Shown one piece after another: positions 1 through 12,755 of a stretch of DNA of 64,000 bases. The DNA comes from Tubiluchus corallicola. Lineage: Eukaryota; Animalia; Priapulida. The notes below the pieces were generated by a model that saw only the letters and a program-made list of their open reading frames with translations, did not search any database and was not told the origin of the DNA. Every line of letters begins with the position of its first letter. Position 1 is the first letter of the stretch. A program made the translations under genes and the position numbers. Where the stretch lies: the NCBI GenBank assembly GCA_030141605.1, contig JAQGDQ010000634.1, positions 58,084-122,083 of the forward strand, in the 5' to 3' direction.

Positions 1-4
1 ATAG

Positions 5-202
5 GAAAATTTGACTGGTGCTATTCACTTGGAAAAAGTACGCTTCTGCTATCCAACTCGCCCAGATACTACCGTATTGAAGAACATTACACTGGGTGTT
101 GAACCAGGGCAAACTCTGGCTCTTGTGGGTAGTAGTGGTTGTGGAAAGAGCACAATAACACAGCTGTTGTTGAGATTCTATGATCCCCAGGAGGGCTATC
201 TG
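5..202 (+). CDS. ABCB1: ABCB1/P-glycoprotein-like transporter, internal exon (NBD2 Walker A); gene begins upstream of the window
   Basis: AG at 3-4, GT at 203; 198 nt in phase 0; translates ...FCYPTRPD...[16 protein letters not shown]...RFYDP, the NBD2 start typical of MDR transporters. Confidence 0.9.
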
Positions 203-464
203 GTGTGTAAGAGAGTTATTATAATCTTCCATTTACTGGTGTGAACACAAAATTGTGTGTTTTCATTAAGCATTCATTTTGAAACCATTTACTATAGCTG
301 AAATGATAGTATTCTACTGAAGTTAGCTTTTTATTTTCCACAGTATACAAAGAAAACCACATTGTACAAACTGCGGCTTAACACTTTGCTTATGTGTGTT
401 AAGGTGAAATTTAAATTTCTAATGTATATACATTTTAATAATATTATTTTTTGCTCAGTTAACC

Positions 465-1240
465 AAGCTCAGCTTAATTCAATTAAGTTTATTTCATTTC
501 ACTTCAGTTTGGTTCAGTTCAGTTCAGTTCTGTTCGTATTTTTAAATAAATTGAGTTGAATGTGATTGATTTAGTGACTTTCGCCAATCAAAAAGATTTG
601 TACCGTTTTTTTTGGTGCAGTGACAGAGCAGCGGATGCTTTGTCGACTTCTTGGCATTTTTAAATGGAAGTTTATCATTTTGCTTAGTTTAATAGACCTG
701 AATTCATAAAGTAATTATTGACAATCCTTGTGTTTTAATAATACAATATTCAGTTCTGTTCAGCTCAGTTCAGCCCAGTTCAGTTCAGTTCCTTTCACTT
801 CATATTCAGTTCATTTTAGTTCAGTTCAGTTCCACTCATTTCAGTTATTTTCTGTTCCACTCCATGTAGTTACATTTTCTTCCTTTTAATTAACTTCATT
901 TCTATTCAGTTCACTTAGGTTCAGCTCACTTCAGTTGAGTTTAATTAACTTTACTTAATTTCATTTCAGTTCACTTCCATTTCATTCAATTCACTTCATT
1001 TGAGCTCAGTTTAGTTCACTTCAATAACAAGCATTTCATTTCAGCTCATTTCGGTTTAGCTTGATTCACTTCATTTCGTCCCAGTTCATTTGAATTCAGT
1101 TCAACTCCATTTTCTTCTGTTCACTTCATTTGAGATTAATTCATTTAACCTTGGTTAGCTTTATTCAGTTCAGCTTCCCTTCATTTGGTTCATTTCATTC
1201 CATTTTGCTTCATTTCAGTTTAGTTTATTTAAGCTTACTT
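465..1240. repeat. Degenerate (TTCAG/TTCAT)n pentanucleotide simple repeat in ABCB intron
   Basis: Recurrent ttcag/ttcat/ttcac units at about 465-560 and 750-1240. Confidence 0.8.
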
Positions 1241-1613
1241 CCAATGATTGTGCAAATAAATGAAGAACAGTTAGGGCTACAGCCACACAGCAAGTTGGTC
1301 AATTAATACCAAGTAGGTCACCTTTGTTGACCAATGCTGTCTTGTTTGCATTTGGATTAGGACTTTCTTTTGGAGCATGTAAAAGAGGATGCTTTCATTT
1401 TTCTATGTAACAAGGATAATCTCATTGTTGCTGTTTTTAGGAGCCCTTTTCATTAACGCATTAAAGTCCAGAGTATATGGAAGACAGCATACTTGCAAAA
1501 TTATTATGTCTACCAGTTAGTACTAACAACAGTGCACCTTGTTTTGGCCCAATGAAGCATTTATTAATATTGCCATTATTTCGTGTGTTATATTAGCGGT
1601 AATTGTTCTACAG

Positions 1614-1817
1614 GCTGTCGATGGCTATGATATTCGCTTTGTCAACATTGGTTGGTTGCGGAGTGTCGTAAGCATTGTCAGTCAGGAGCCAGTCTTGTTT
1701 GACACAACAATTAGCAAGAACATCAACTACGGAGTCGAGGAAGAGCTGCCATACGAAGACATCGTGAAAGCTGCTAAAATTGCAAACATTCATGAATTCA
1801 TTATGACACTGCCTGAT
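1614..1817 (+). CDS. ABCB1: ABCB1-like exon (Q-loop)
   Basis: ctacag|GCT...GAT|gtaag; 204 nt; [17 protein letters not shown]...[11 protein letters not shown]. Confidence 0.9.
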
Positions 1818-1929
1818 GTAAGCAAATTTGGCACATATATTATTTATGTGTGTTCATGATATGTACTTATTATATAGGTATTGCAACACAGATAGGCCTC
1901 CCCCAGCAAGGTAGAGCACTGACCGCTAA

Positions 1930-2050
1930 TGCATTTTACTGCATTTTAGACCATTTTTGTGGCTGCTACAAGCTATTTCCTCAAGCAAGTTCACTAGTTT
2001 AAAACTCATTATGTCATCTTAAATTTGTGCCTTATAATTACACACGAATA
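1930..2050 (+). repeat. Dispersed repeat, also at about 23918-24020
   Basis: Shared atgcattttactgcattttagaccattttt...gcaagttcactagtttaaaactcattatgt. Confidence 0.7.
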
Positions 2051-3212
2051 TATTGGTCAGGGCTCGAATACCTGGATCTGCATCGCACTTCACTTCGTAA
2101 ATTATTGCCATTGCTCCCGGTTTTTAGTCTAGCATTGCAAGGACTGCTGCACATAAACTTTTGTGTTTCACTTCAGATTATGAAAATATGTATGTATAAT
2201 AACAGTAAATAAGTTTGATGAATATTCATGCATCACAAATTATGCTGAAAAAACTTATATGTATTATACCAAACTGTTTAAATTCATGGAAAATCTTTTT
2301 ATGTAAAGCCACTTCTATCCAACTGTTATGTAACTTGTGTAACTTGGTTTCAACCGCCACACTGTCTGGAATAACCTATAATGAAACAATCAAATTTTGA
2401 TAATGATTGTCACAATAAATTAATACATTAGCTACAAAGGGCAGACGTGTGTCGTTATTTGGAATTTAAATTTCAAAAAGAAAACAAACAATTTTTACTA
2501 CTGATTAAAAAGCAGAAATTTCCAAAATTAAGCAGAAGTTGTGCTTCGCAAATTAAATTTGTGAGCGTAATGGGTGCTTAACTTTACACAACATACAGAA
2601 ACAAGAAGTTATCAGTTTGCTATGAAATTTTAAAACAAACGTGGTTTGCATGGGTGTAACTGTGCCAAAACAGCGATCAGGCTAGGCAGCGCTGTTTGCA
2701 AAAAGCAGGTTGCAAAGTAAAGTAAAGTGCAACTGCTCCTGCACTTTCATGATTATCTTTTCTTGCTAGATTATAATGATTGTACTTCATTCACTCTATG
2801 TAATGAAAGTGATCTGTTTACCTTGAAATCAGCATAAATGTGTTAGGACAACATGTACATTGCCTATAGATTAATCCAAGGCGTTCGAATAAGACTCAAT
2901 AAGTGAATACTTTTTTTGTATAAATGCTACAGGACATAAATTATTGTAGTTGTTAATCTCTCTTTTTACATATATACAGTGCCAGCCAGTATTTTAATAT
3001 GGTGCAGTACTGCACGGTTGAATAAATATTAATTATGCTTTGTCGTCAAAAAAGTTTTTAATTAATAAAGAGATTGATTTAATAATTTTCTTTTTAATTT
3101 AATAAGGACTAAGTAGAAAATTAGGGAATTTAACTTGAACATACTTGTCGGATTGTTGCCCATCATTCGTCTGTAAGAAAATTAATATATCTATAGCTTT
3201 GCAATGCCAGAC

Positions 3213-4690
3213 TTCATCAATCATCATCAGCAGGATATGCTCATCCACTGTTGGACGAATCCCTCTTCCCTAGCTCGCCACAATGTCCTGTCTTGGGCGT
3301 TAATCTCTGTTAATCGCTTAGTCCATCTATTGTCTTTAAATCTAGCCACATGACCAGCCCATTTCCATTTCATTTTTGCCACAAATTGAAGAACGTCTGT
3401 TGTTTTTGTTCGCTTTGTAATCTCTTCTTGATTAATCCTCTTCAACAAAACATTCACCATTATACGCTCGACCGCTCTCTGAAATGTCCGTAACCGCCTT
3501 TTCTGTAACTCCATCAAATACCAAGTTTGACAACCATATGTCACTGCCGGCAATATACACTGATTCCAAACCTTTCTCTTTAGACAAGTTGGAATACGTC
3601 TGTTCGATATAATATCTTTATACTTTGAGTATAAAGCCCAACCAGCATTCACTCTCTTAGTTATCTCGTGGTCCATCTGACGTTCCATTCTGATCTCCTG
3701 CCCTAAATATTTATAACTCTCCACATGTTCTATCTCGTCTTGTCCGATGTTAACCTTCTCTCTAGTGGGATAGTTGGTCATTACCTTTGTCTGTCCTCGA
3801 TGCATTTTAAGGCCAATTCCTCACACTGCTCGTCTAAATCGTTCAGCTTTTGCGAATTCAGCAGATAATTTGCGAATAAGGCGACATCATCTGCAAAGCG
3901 GAGATTACTGATGCTCTCACCGTCAACTACTATACCAAAGTCATCGACATTCGATTTTGAAAACACTTCTTCTAATGCAGCCGTGAAATGTTTGGAAGAT
4001 ATAGGATCTCCCTGCCTGACTCCTCTCTGAATTGAAATGGTTTATGAGACCTCGTCTTCCATGTGGATTTTTGCTGTTGCATTTGTGCACATATCCCTCA
4101 ATATATCAATGTAGATCTTGTTAACACCGAAGTTTGTTAAGGTGCCAAGAAAAACTTCGTGTTCCACAGAGTCGAAGGCCTTTTCAAAGGTCTATGTATC
4201 TAATTTCTATGTATCCAATATTCAATTTGATATTATATTCTTTACAATTCGATATCAGATGATTTACTGAGTGGAGATGATCACAAGTAGAATAACCGTG
4301 TCTAAAACCAGCTTGCTCCGGAGGTTGGTATCCATCTAGCTGGTTTCCTATTCTGTTTTGCAGTACTCTGGTGAACAGCTTGTAAAGGTAAATTCCTCTA
4401 GAATTTCCGAAAACATAGTCATACTGAGATCTTGATCTGCCGTTTGGGTGTTCCCATGTCCAGTATCTTTTCTGATTTTTCTTGAAAAGGGTGTTAGCAA
4501 TGACTAAACCCTGTGATGATGCAAAGTCCAGCAGTTTTTGGCCACGATCATTCCGAATACCATCTCTAAATTTTCCAAGGCATGTGTATTGTTCATTTGG
4601 TAATGCTACTCCAACTCGACCGTTAAAGTCGCCTATCAGTATCTTATACTCAGTTTACCATCTTGCCAGACTTACTATCTGTCAAATGTT
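3213..4690 (-). mobile_element. RTE-clade LINE, degenerate and internally deleted (endonuclease remnant fused to RT/C-terminus)
   Basis: Minus strand: LIGDFNGRVG...WTWEHPNG endonuclease remnant (about 4400-4690); RT LRFADD and YKYLGQ; C-terminal KWKWAGHVAR...RWTKRL; TGA-repeat tail at 3213-3229; frameshifts. Confidence 0.85.
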
Positions 4691-5056
4691 TTGCAGTAAC
4701 TGGTTTCTGTAATGAGATTGAATATGTAAATGCTGAGTTGTAATACAGTAATTCTAAATTATAAGAAAGTATTTTAGTTCCTATCAAGTTGAAAATATAT
4801 GTTGTGATAACTTAATTTGTATCAGATCTTTTGTTATACATAGTGAGTTAAACTATGGCTGTGTAATTTTAAAGCTTATAGAGTACATTGTAATTATCAT
4901 TTTTTCAACTTGTGCTAAAATGTTTTAGCTTTTCTTGTAGAGACAGCTTATCTAATTAAATATTTGCATTTATGTTTATATGGCAAAACATTTTCTAGTA
5001 CGTGTATTTGTTTTTGTTTTTTAGATTGTAATGTTAAGTTAACATTTATGTTGCAG

Positions 5057-5203
5057 CAATATAGTACAGTTGTGGGTGAGAAAGGCACGCAACTGTCTGG
5101 AGGTCAGAAGCAGCGAATCGCTATAGCTCGAGCTTTAGTGCGTAATCCAACCATTCTCATCCTGGATGAAGCCACTTCAGCTCTTGACACAGAAAGTGAA
5201 CGG
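5057..5203 (+). CDS. ABCB1: ABCB1-like exon (ABC signature and Walker B)
   Basis: ttgcag|CAA...CGG|gtgag; 147 nt; [15 protein letters not shown]...[16 protein letters not shown]. Confidence 0.92.
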
Positions 5204-5702
5204 GTGAGAGGAGCTTTATAAAATGTTTATCGTATTTTTTGCCACAATAAGATTCTCTTTTATCTAGTGGCAACTTAACTGTAAAGATCCATTAAGAGCC
5301 GAAAACGTGATATTGGTTATTATTATTGCACTTTTAACAGTAAACATTGCCATTCACGTGCATGTACAGGGTATGTACAGTACATAATAAAACTACAGAA
5401 TGTTTGTTGACTTTCAGATGATAATGCAACTCAGTGAGCATGTAGTAGGTGCCGGGCAGGTCACCTTACTTATAGAGTTCAGTTTTAGCTTATAAAATAA
5501 CTATTATGTTACTTTGTTGAGGTTAAGTAGTGTAAAACTAGTATAAAACTGATAAAGACTTTGCAGTTGATATTACAAAACTGAAGTGTAAATATTTTGC
5601 GTGTTTAAATGCTATTTTGTCAACACAGTGGCCCAAATGCAACCCAGTAGTGGTAAAAATGTTAATTAGTTCTTATTGTCTTCCTATTCTGTTCTACGGG
5701 TG

Positions 5703-6837
5703 TGTGACAGTTTGTGGGAAAAAAACTAATATATTATAACTGGTCTAGGGTAATTTAGCATCAAAGTTTCAAACCTAAAGCTCGGGTCACATGTTCTCCG
5801 TGAGTGTGAACGACTAAACAGGAAACACTAAACAGACAGAGCTCGTAATTTACTAATATGTCAGGGTAATCATTTCTACTAATTTCATCACCAAGCATTT
5901 GGGTTCATGTTGGGGCAATTCTCCTATAGGACTCGATTATTTTACTAAATATAATCATTGAGTTGTTAATCGTAAAATGTTTTCACAAGCTTTGAAATAG
6001 AACTATTAAACACCTGGATGCTGTGCAAATCATACAGTATATTATTGAACAAGAACAAAGCAAAGAACAATTGTACATACAGGAGAAAATAATACCTACT
6101 GGGCCCAGATTTAACAAGCAGCAAGGAGTATACACATGTTTACACGTAGTTCCCGATGGCCGGCTCTTCCAGGATGCACCAAGGACGGTTCACGGTCCCA
6201 AATCCACGATCCTCTACTGGAATAAGGAGGATGCTCCACCATGTAGCCGATCCATGAGTTCTGACACGCCACAAGTAGTTTAATCTGGAATCGTAGTCAT
6301 ATCTCTGCGCCTCCACTACCGCCGAATAGCGTAACCAGGATGCTGCGGACCCCACCACTATGTGAACTCTTCACCAATGCTCCGAAAGTTTCAGAATCCC
6401 TCACAAGGTGGGTTGTCCAAGAGCTCCTCTAAGTGAAGAAGCATGACAAGGCCATTACTTTACTCCTGAGTCGTGCTGGTGTTACGTAAAGGTTGTCGAT
6501 ACAACATTGTGCATTTAACTATTGTCTCTCACAGAACATCAACTAAATTTTGCCATTAAGGCCAAAATAAAACTCATAGACAAAACGTGTCTCAAACATA
6601 TGACGAACAGAAGAAAAGTACCAACTATGTCGACCAGGTAAAAACGGCCTGGATAGACATCCGTTCAACACAAAATTCGGTACCTGAATGAAGTGGGCAA
6701 ACATTAGCCTAGATAGAATGACCTTGTATATAATGCATAGTATCCAATGGCTTCTATACTGTCCAAAATCTCATAGTGATGAATGGCCCTGTATATCGGC
6801 CAGTTAGCTAGCGGTCATGCATCGCATGGCCGTGACA
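5703..6837 (-). repeat. 3' LTR of the Gmr1-like element
   Basis: Begins tgtgaca, ends ccgtgaca on the plus strand; near-identical to 12763-13849. Confidence 0.93.
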
Positions 6838-7096
6838 CAGCTCCCCCCAAAAAGAAATTTGTCACAAATTTCAAAAACTGGCAGATTATTTACCATTCAA
6901 ATTCATATAATCCATTAGCAAATCCACAAAGTGCAAAAATTACATGTCAACAACATTCCAAAAAGTATTCACAGAAACAAAGATACTGCTCCTTTAAAAA
7001 AAATTAGAAAGAAAAACACTGATTACTGGCAAAACAAATGTGCTCTTCAGTTTGCTTTGCAATAGTAAACTAGCATACTGGCTTACTTTTTGCCTA

Positions 7097-8422
7097 TTAT
7101 AACCGGCTAAGGCAATCAACCACCTTGTTATCTACACCGGCGATGTGTTCAACTGGAAAAGAAAATTCACTTAGAATTAGCGCCCAATGACAGAGACGTC
7201 TATTATTTTTGCGCATTTTGTTCAATGCCAAAAGACTACGCTGGTCTGTTCTCACAACAAACTTTCTTCCTTCAAGATAATAGCGCAATTTGTCCACCGC
7301 GTACACCACACTCAACAGCTCACACTGTACAATAGAATAACGAGATTCTGTGGGTGTCAATTTTCTACTTATGTATGTTATGGGGACTTCCCCTAGCCCA
7401 TCTTCTCGATCCTGAGATAAAACTGCCCCAATACCAAGGAAACTGGCATCAGTGGTGAGTATAAATGTTTTAGTGAAGTCTGGTGAGTGCAAGACTGAAT
7501 TTGATGTTAGTGCTTGCTGTAGATGGAGAAAACTTTTCTCACAACTATTTCTCCAATCTACTAAAACAGGGGCTGATTTTTCAGTTAATGCATGAAGAGG
7601 GGCGGCGATGGTACCAAAGTTCGCAATGAATCGCCTATAAAATCCGACCATTCCTAAGAATTGGCGTACCTGATTCTTCGTCACAGGTCTTGGGAAATCA
7701 TGGATCTGTTGCACCTTCTTTGATTGCGGTTTCAGGCAGTTCTTGCCTACAATGTAGCCGAGGAATTGCGTTTCTTGCTGAGCAAAATGGCATTTTGAGG
7801 GTTTTATTGTTAAACCGGCTCTGCGGATACAACTCAATGTAGCGTTCACATGGACTAAATTCTGGTTCCAGTCTGATGACTTGATCAAAACGTCATCGAT
7901 GTATCCTTTCGAGCAAGAGGATACTGTCTCTAACACTCTGTCACTTAAAGACTGGGCTGTTGTAGCAGCATTCTGGAGACCAAACGGCATGACCAAGAAT
8001 TCAAACTTACCAAATGCTGTCACAAAGGCAGTTAGTGGGATTGATTCTGGAGACATCTCGACCTGCCAATATGCTTTTGCAAAATCTAAAGTAGTAATCC
8101 AGACTGCATTGTTCAAGTTGTCGATCATGTCATCGGGCCTTGGCATTTGGTAAGGGGAGAATGAAGTACGACTGTTGAGCTTTCGGAAGTCTATACAAAA
8201 TCTCCACTGCTGGTCTGGTTTAGGGACTAGGAGCATAGGAGAGGTGTACACTGACTCGGAACGTCTGCTGACGCCCAAGTTCAACATGACCTGCAGCTCA
8301 TTCCATACGATTTCTTTCCTAGCCTGTGGTAGGCGGTATGGTGCTTGGTGAACAGGCGTAGTATCGACAAGACTGATGTGATGTTGTACTAAAGTACTCT
8401 TTGAAATTATGGCATACATCAC
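7097..8422 (-). pseudogene. pol: Reverse transcriptase and RNase H (C-terminal in pol)
   Basis: RFCIDFRKLN, LDFAKAYWQV, MPFGLQNA, YIDD, TDASFLGIGAVLSQ, NKVVDCLSRL then stop. Confidence 0.92.
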
Positions 8423-8599
8423 GTAGCTCAGAACAAGCTTGCTCTGTCAAGTAATCAGGAAATTCGATGTCATTAACGGTCTGTTTTGCACTGGCAGTTG
8501 GTGGAAATGCATAATCTGGGAATCCACAACTGTCAACAAACCCTGAACCGATAACTGGCTCATTCAAAGATCCATTCTTGCTAGATTCCAAGTGCTCTT

Positions 8600-9840
8600 C
8601 TTTGTGTTCATCTTTTGCATTGCTCTGAACATCGTCTTCGGAGCACATGGCCCATAAGACAAGCTCCTCCTCACGCTCAACATAAGCTTTGAGTTTGTTT
8701 ATATGGAAGATACGGATGTCACGTCTTCTGCCACGATTTCCTAAATCAATTTTATAATTCCGGTCGGAGATCTTATCCACGACAGTGTATGGACCTTTCC
8801 AAACTGAAGACATTTTATCACCCTTTGGCAGCCGCAAAACAAGCACACGGTCTGCTATTTCAAAACCTCGCTCTTTAGAAATTCTATCATACCATTGTGT
8901 TTGTGAAATTTTGGCCTCTCGTAGAGACTGATGGGCATCTTCAGTCGCCTGTTCAATGGTATTCACAATACGCGTGACATAGTAATCGACCTCTTAAAGG
9001 TTGGGTGGACGTGAGCAACCCCAACGTTCTTTAAGGATTGCTAGAGGGCCACGTATGGGGTACCCAAAGACAAGCTCATTTGGAGAATACTTCGTTGACT
9101 CTTGAGGTACCTCCCAATAAGCATATAGAACAAAGTCCAGTGATTCGTCCCAGGGAAGATGGGGATGCTCAATTAGTAGTCGGTGGATTGACGACTTAAG
9201 GGTATCATTATATTTCTCTACCAAACCATTGGTAGATGGAGAGAATGCTGAAGAATAGATTCCCTTCACCCCAAGTGCTTGCTCTAAATCACGAGTGATC
9301 TGTGCACGGAACTGAGTTCCACAGTCTGGGAGGATCTCCTTGGGAATTCCGTAACAACAAAATTTGAGTAGAGCCTTTATAGCTCTATATCTGGGATGGC
9401 ATATGCGTCGGGATACCTTGTGGCATGGTCTTTAATTGCCGATGCATATTTATTACCAGAAGGTGTTCGCTGGAGTGGACCAATCAAGTCAATTCCAATG
9501 GTACGAGAAGCTGTGTCAGCGATGTCCAAAGGTTTTAGTTTGGCTCTATCAGTCCTACGGACACGAGCGGTCCGTTGGCAAGATCGGCAGTATTGTTTGA
9601 CGGAACGTTTTATGTGGGGCCAAATGTATTCTTGCATGACCCTGTTTGTCGTTTTATTGATACCTAAATGGCCTGCAAGCAAGCCATCATGTGCAAGTTC
9701 AAGTACTTCCCGGCGATGTGGACGGGGCAGAACAAGCAACTCTCGTGAGGCCAAATGTTTGTTTGGCTTACAAAGATAAAACAATACTCCATTGTGCAGA
9801 AAATATCCTTTGCCCGCTTTGTAGACGTCATCTGGCTGTA
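8600..9840 (-). pseudogene. Integrase (HHCC, DDE core, GPY module), broken by frameshifts and stops
   Basis: AHDGLLAGHLG...YCRSC; IGIDLIGPL; TNGLVEKYN; ESTKYSPNELVFG; WKGPYTV. Confidence 0.88.
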
Positions 9841-11981
9841 AAGCATGATAAAAAGATTACGCAGAGTTATGTCATCTCTCTGCTCTGTCTCTAATTGTTG
9901 AATATTTATTTTCAGCAATTGATCCTCTAGCTGCTGTTCCAAATGTGCCTCATCACCATTAGAGGCTGGCGAACTTAAAGTTTGTCGCTGTAAAACCATA
10001 TCTCGATCAGTTTGTGCTTTTAAACGGGCGGCTTGTGCACGAGTCGTAGCAAAAACAGAAGCGGAGGAGGTTTTATCTGTTTTACAATTGGCTAGGTTAG
10101 GCTGCCCTAGACTAACTGCATTGCTGGTAACTACCTTCAAAGTTTGCTGCGGTTTTGTCAGACTTTTGCGTGGTTTGGGGATTGGACGCAAAACAGTAAG
10201 ATAATCATTGCCTAACAAAAAACTGCATGGTAAGTCAGGGTTGATACTAACAGTTAACATACCAAAAAAATCTGGTGCCTCAATTTCCACTTCGGCAAGT
10301 TGGCAAGTCATTACCTCACCAGATACGGCCTTGATCTTGCGAGGGTTTTTTTCCAAATATTGATCAAGCCGTACAAAGTGTGGTTGAATCATGCTGCTTC
10401 CTGCTCCAGTGTCTCGCTGTCCCCTAAGCCGTTTGCCATTGACTTTGGCTACAAAGCAAAATGGTAAAGTATGATCTGGAACATCACTGAAGTCAACTAA
10501 ATAGGAATCCTCTGATTCATGTGACTGACCGAAGTATTGCTTGCCAGCTGAGTACGGATTCTTCTTGTCACGTGACTCAACTGCATTGCGCGATTTACAC
10601 TCGCTGCGCCTGTGGCCAACTTTCCCACACGAGTAACATCTGATGCCTTTCGCGCTTCCACCACCACCAGTACCACCCTTATTCTCACCCGGGTTTCTCT
10701 GAGTGGTATGCTGGGTTGACTTAACAAGTTTGGTGGAAGGCAGAAAACTTTTAGCAGAAATGACCTGGTTCGATGCAAGAAAACGATCTGCTTTCTCAGC
10801 CATATCACTAACCGTTTTACATTGCTGCCTTTGAAGCCATGCTGATATGTCCCGAGGCATGTGGTACAAAGCCTGTTCCATCACCATTGCCTCGAATAAG
10901 CCGTCAAATGTGCTAATGCCAGCAGCATCGACGTATTCCTTTAGACCTTTCTCCAGACGTCTAAACATTTGACGATATGTTTCATCTTTCCGCTTAACTA
11001 TAGCTCGAAAACGCTCCAAATAAACACCTTCTGACAGAACGTATGCTGAAAGTATAGCTTTGCGAACCATGTCATAGTTCCAAAGTTCTGTTATGCTGAC
11101 TTGATGAAAAGCTGCTGCTGCTCTTCCTGACAATGCAGGCCCTAGGGATACTGCCCATTGAGAGCGTGGTATCTCATTAGCAGAGGCTGAATGTTCGAAG
11201 CGGTCAAGAAATGATTGTATGTCTTCCTCTGCTTCAACAAAGGGCTTTAGCATTTTTAAGCGCTTAACCTGAGGAAGTGCAGGACTAGTGGGCAGTCCAG
11301 AAACGGCTGTTCCAGCTGGTGAACTAGCCCCAAGTTCCAGTTCCATTTTGCGTATGTTTAGTTGTGTCATTCGGTGTTCATGGTCCATCTTCATGGACTG
11401 CAGCTGGATGAATAATTGGGCTGCATTATTGTCCAATTTAGATAAGGTTTCAAAAGAAAGATCATGAAAGCTTTCTAAAACCGAAGCTGATGCTTCATCT
11501 GAGGGGGTAGGTTTAGTTAGCGAAGCACCGTGGGAAAACTTGTGGAAACTGGGTCCTTGTTTAGCCGTAATGGACGTCTCCGTTAGGGCTGTTCCAGGTT
11601 TCATTGCCTTTGGCTTCACACCACCAATTTCCATTCCTTGCCTCATAGATATGACGTGAGGTGTACCCGTAGGAAATTGTTGAAGTTTGTCTTCTTCTGC
11701 TTCCATAAATTCTTCTTCGCCAACACCCGATTGCCCCGGGTCCTGAACAGTGCCAAGATTAAGTCCCGAGTCAATATCAGGCATCCCGAAATCTGGATCC
11801 TCCCCTGCATCAGCATCGCGGAATCCATCTTCAGACGCGCCTGTCTTATAAGACTTATTAAATCTTTACAGGTAGTTTCAGACTCAAAAGAAATCGAAAA
11901 TTGCCTAGCAATTGTTTGTAGTTCCGATTTCCGCAGCTTGGCTAAACCGGCCTGTGTAAGCTTATGTTGTACTGCAGACAT
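9840..11981 (-). pseudogene. gag: Gag (N-terminal helical motif, SCAN-like capsid domain, CCHC knuckle) plus aspartic protease; frameshifted near 11800
   Basis: FLDRFEHSA...W...L, YLERFR...EQALYHMP...W...AEKADRF; CYSCGKVGHRRSEC; RDTGA protease motif. Confidence 0.85.
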
Positions 11982-12755
11982 GACAAACAATTTTTATCTA
12001 TGACAATGGGTATTATTGTAATTATGTATCGACGTGAAAAAGTAGCACAAAGTTGATTGTAGTACATGCAAATGACTTTTACTATACTTATTTTATTTAT
12101 TGTATTGCACACTAGTAATTGCCGTGTATATAGTACTGTTATGTATTTTAATTTGCCCGGATATTTTAGTTAACCCCGCAGAATCTGTGTATCTACAAAA
12201 ACGTACTATACCAGTTATACAGCCAATGCTCTAAACGCAGCATACGTATATCACGCACAATATGTACGCAACAAATCAAGGTTAAACTGTATTCAATCAT
12301 GCACAGTTTCAAAATGACAGACTCAGCGTAGCAATCTAGCACAGAAAATTTGCGCAAAAATAATAAACTTACCAATACTATAGCGTAGTAGTGGTTACAC
12401 TTGCTGCGAACACCAAGGTTGGCCTCCCGCAATAAATTTTTGTCACAATTTTCGACAGCTAGAATGTTATTGCTTTGCAAACTCAAACTTACAAATTGAA
12501 ACACCTGCAAAATATTGTGCGTTAGAAGCACTCATATACACTGTGAACTAAATGTTAGTGAAAACTTTGTCACGAAATTGTACCGCTATAAGTAAGCTGA
12601 AATTCATATAAATTAGTCAACAAGCGATAAATGAGCGATCAACAAGCATAAAAACAACGATTAACTCCTATGGTTATCGAAAAGCCATTTTCTCTATGAA
12701 AAATAGACTGTTTCCTACATTCTTAGAGAAAAATAAAACGCAACAAGGACTGTTC

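Noticed and set aside
6023-6358. Duplicated ORFs 6023/13035 and 6140/13152 as a gene pair
   Set aside because: They lie inside the two LTRs, start at GTG and have no recognisable domain.
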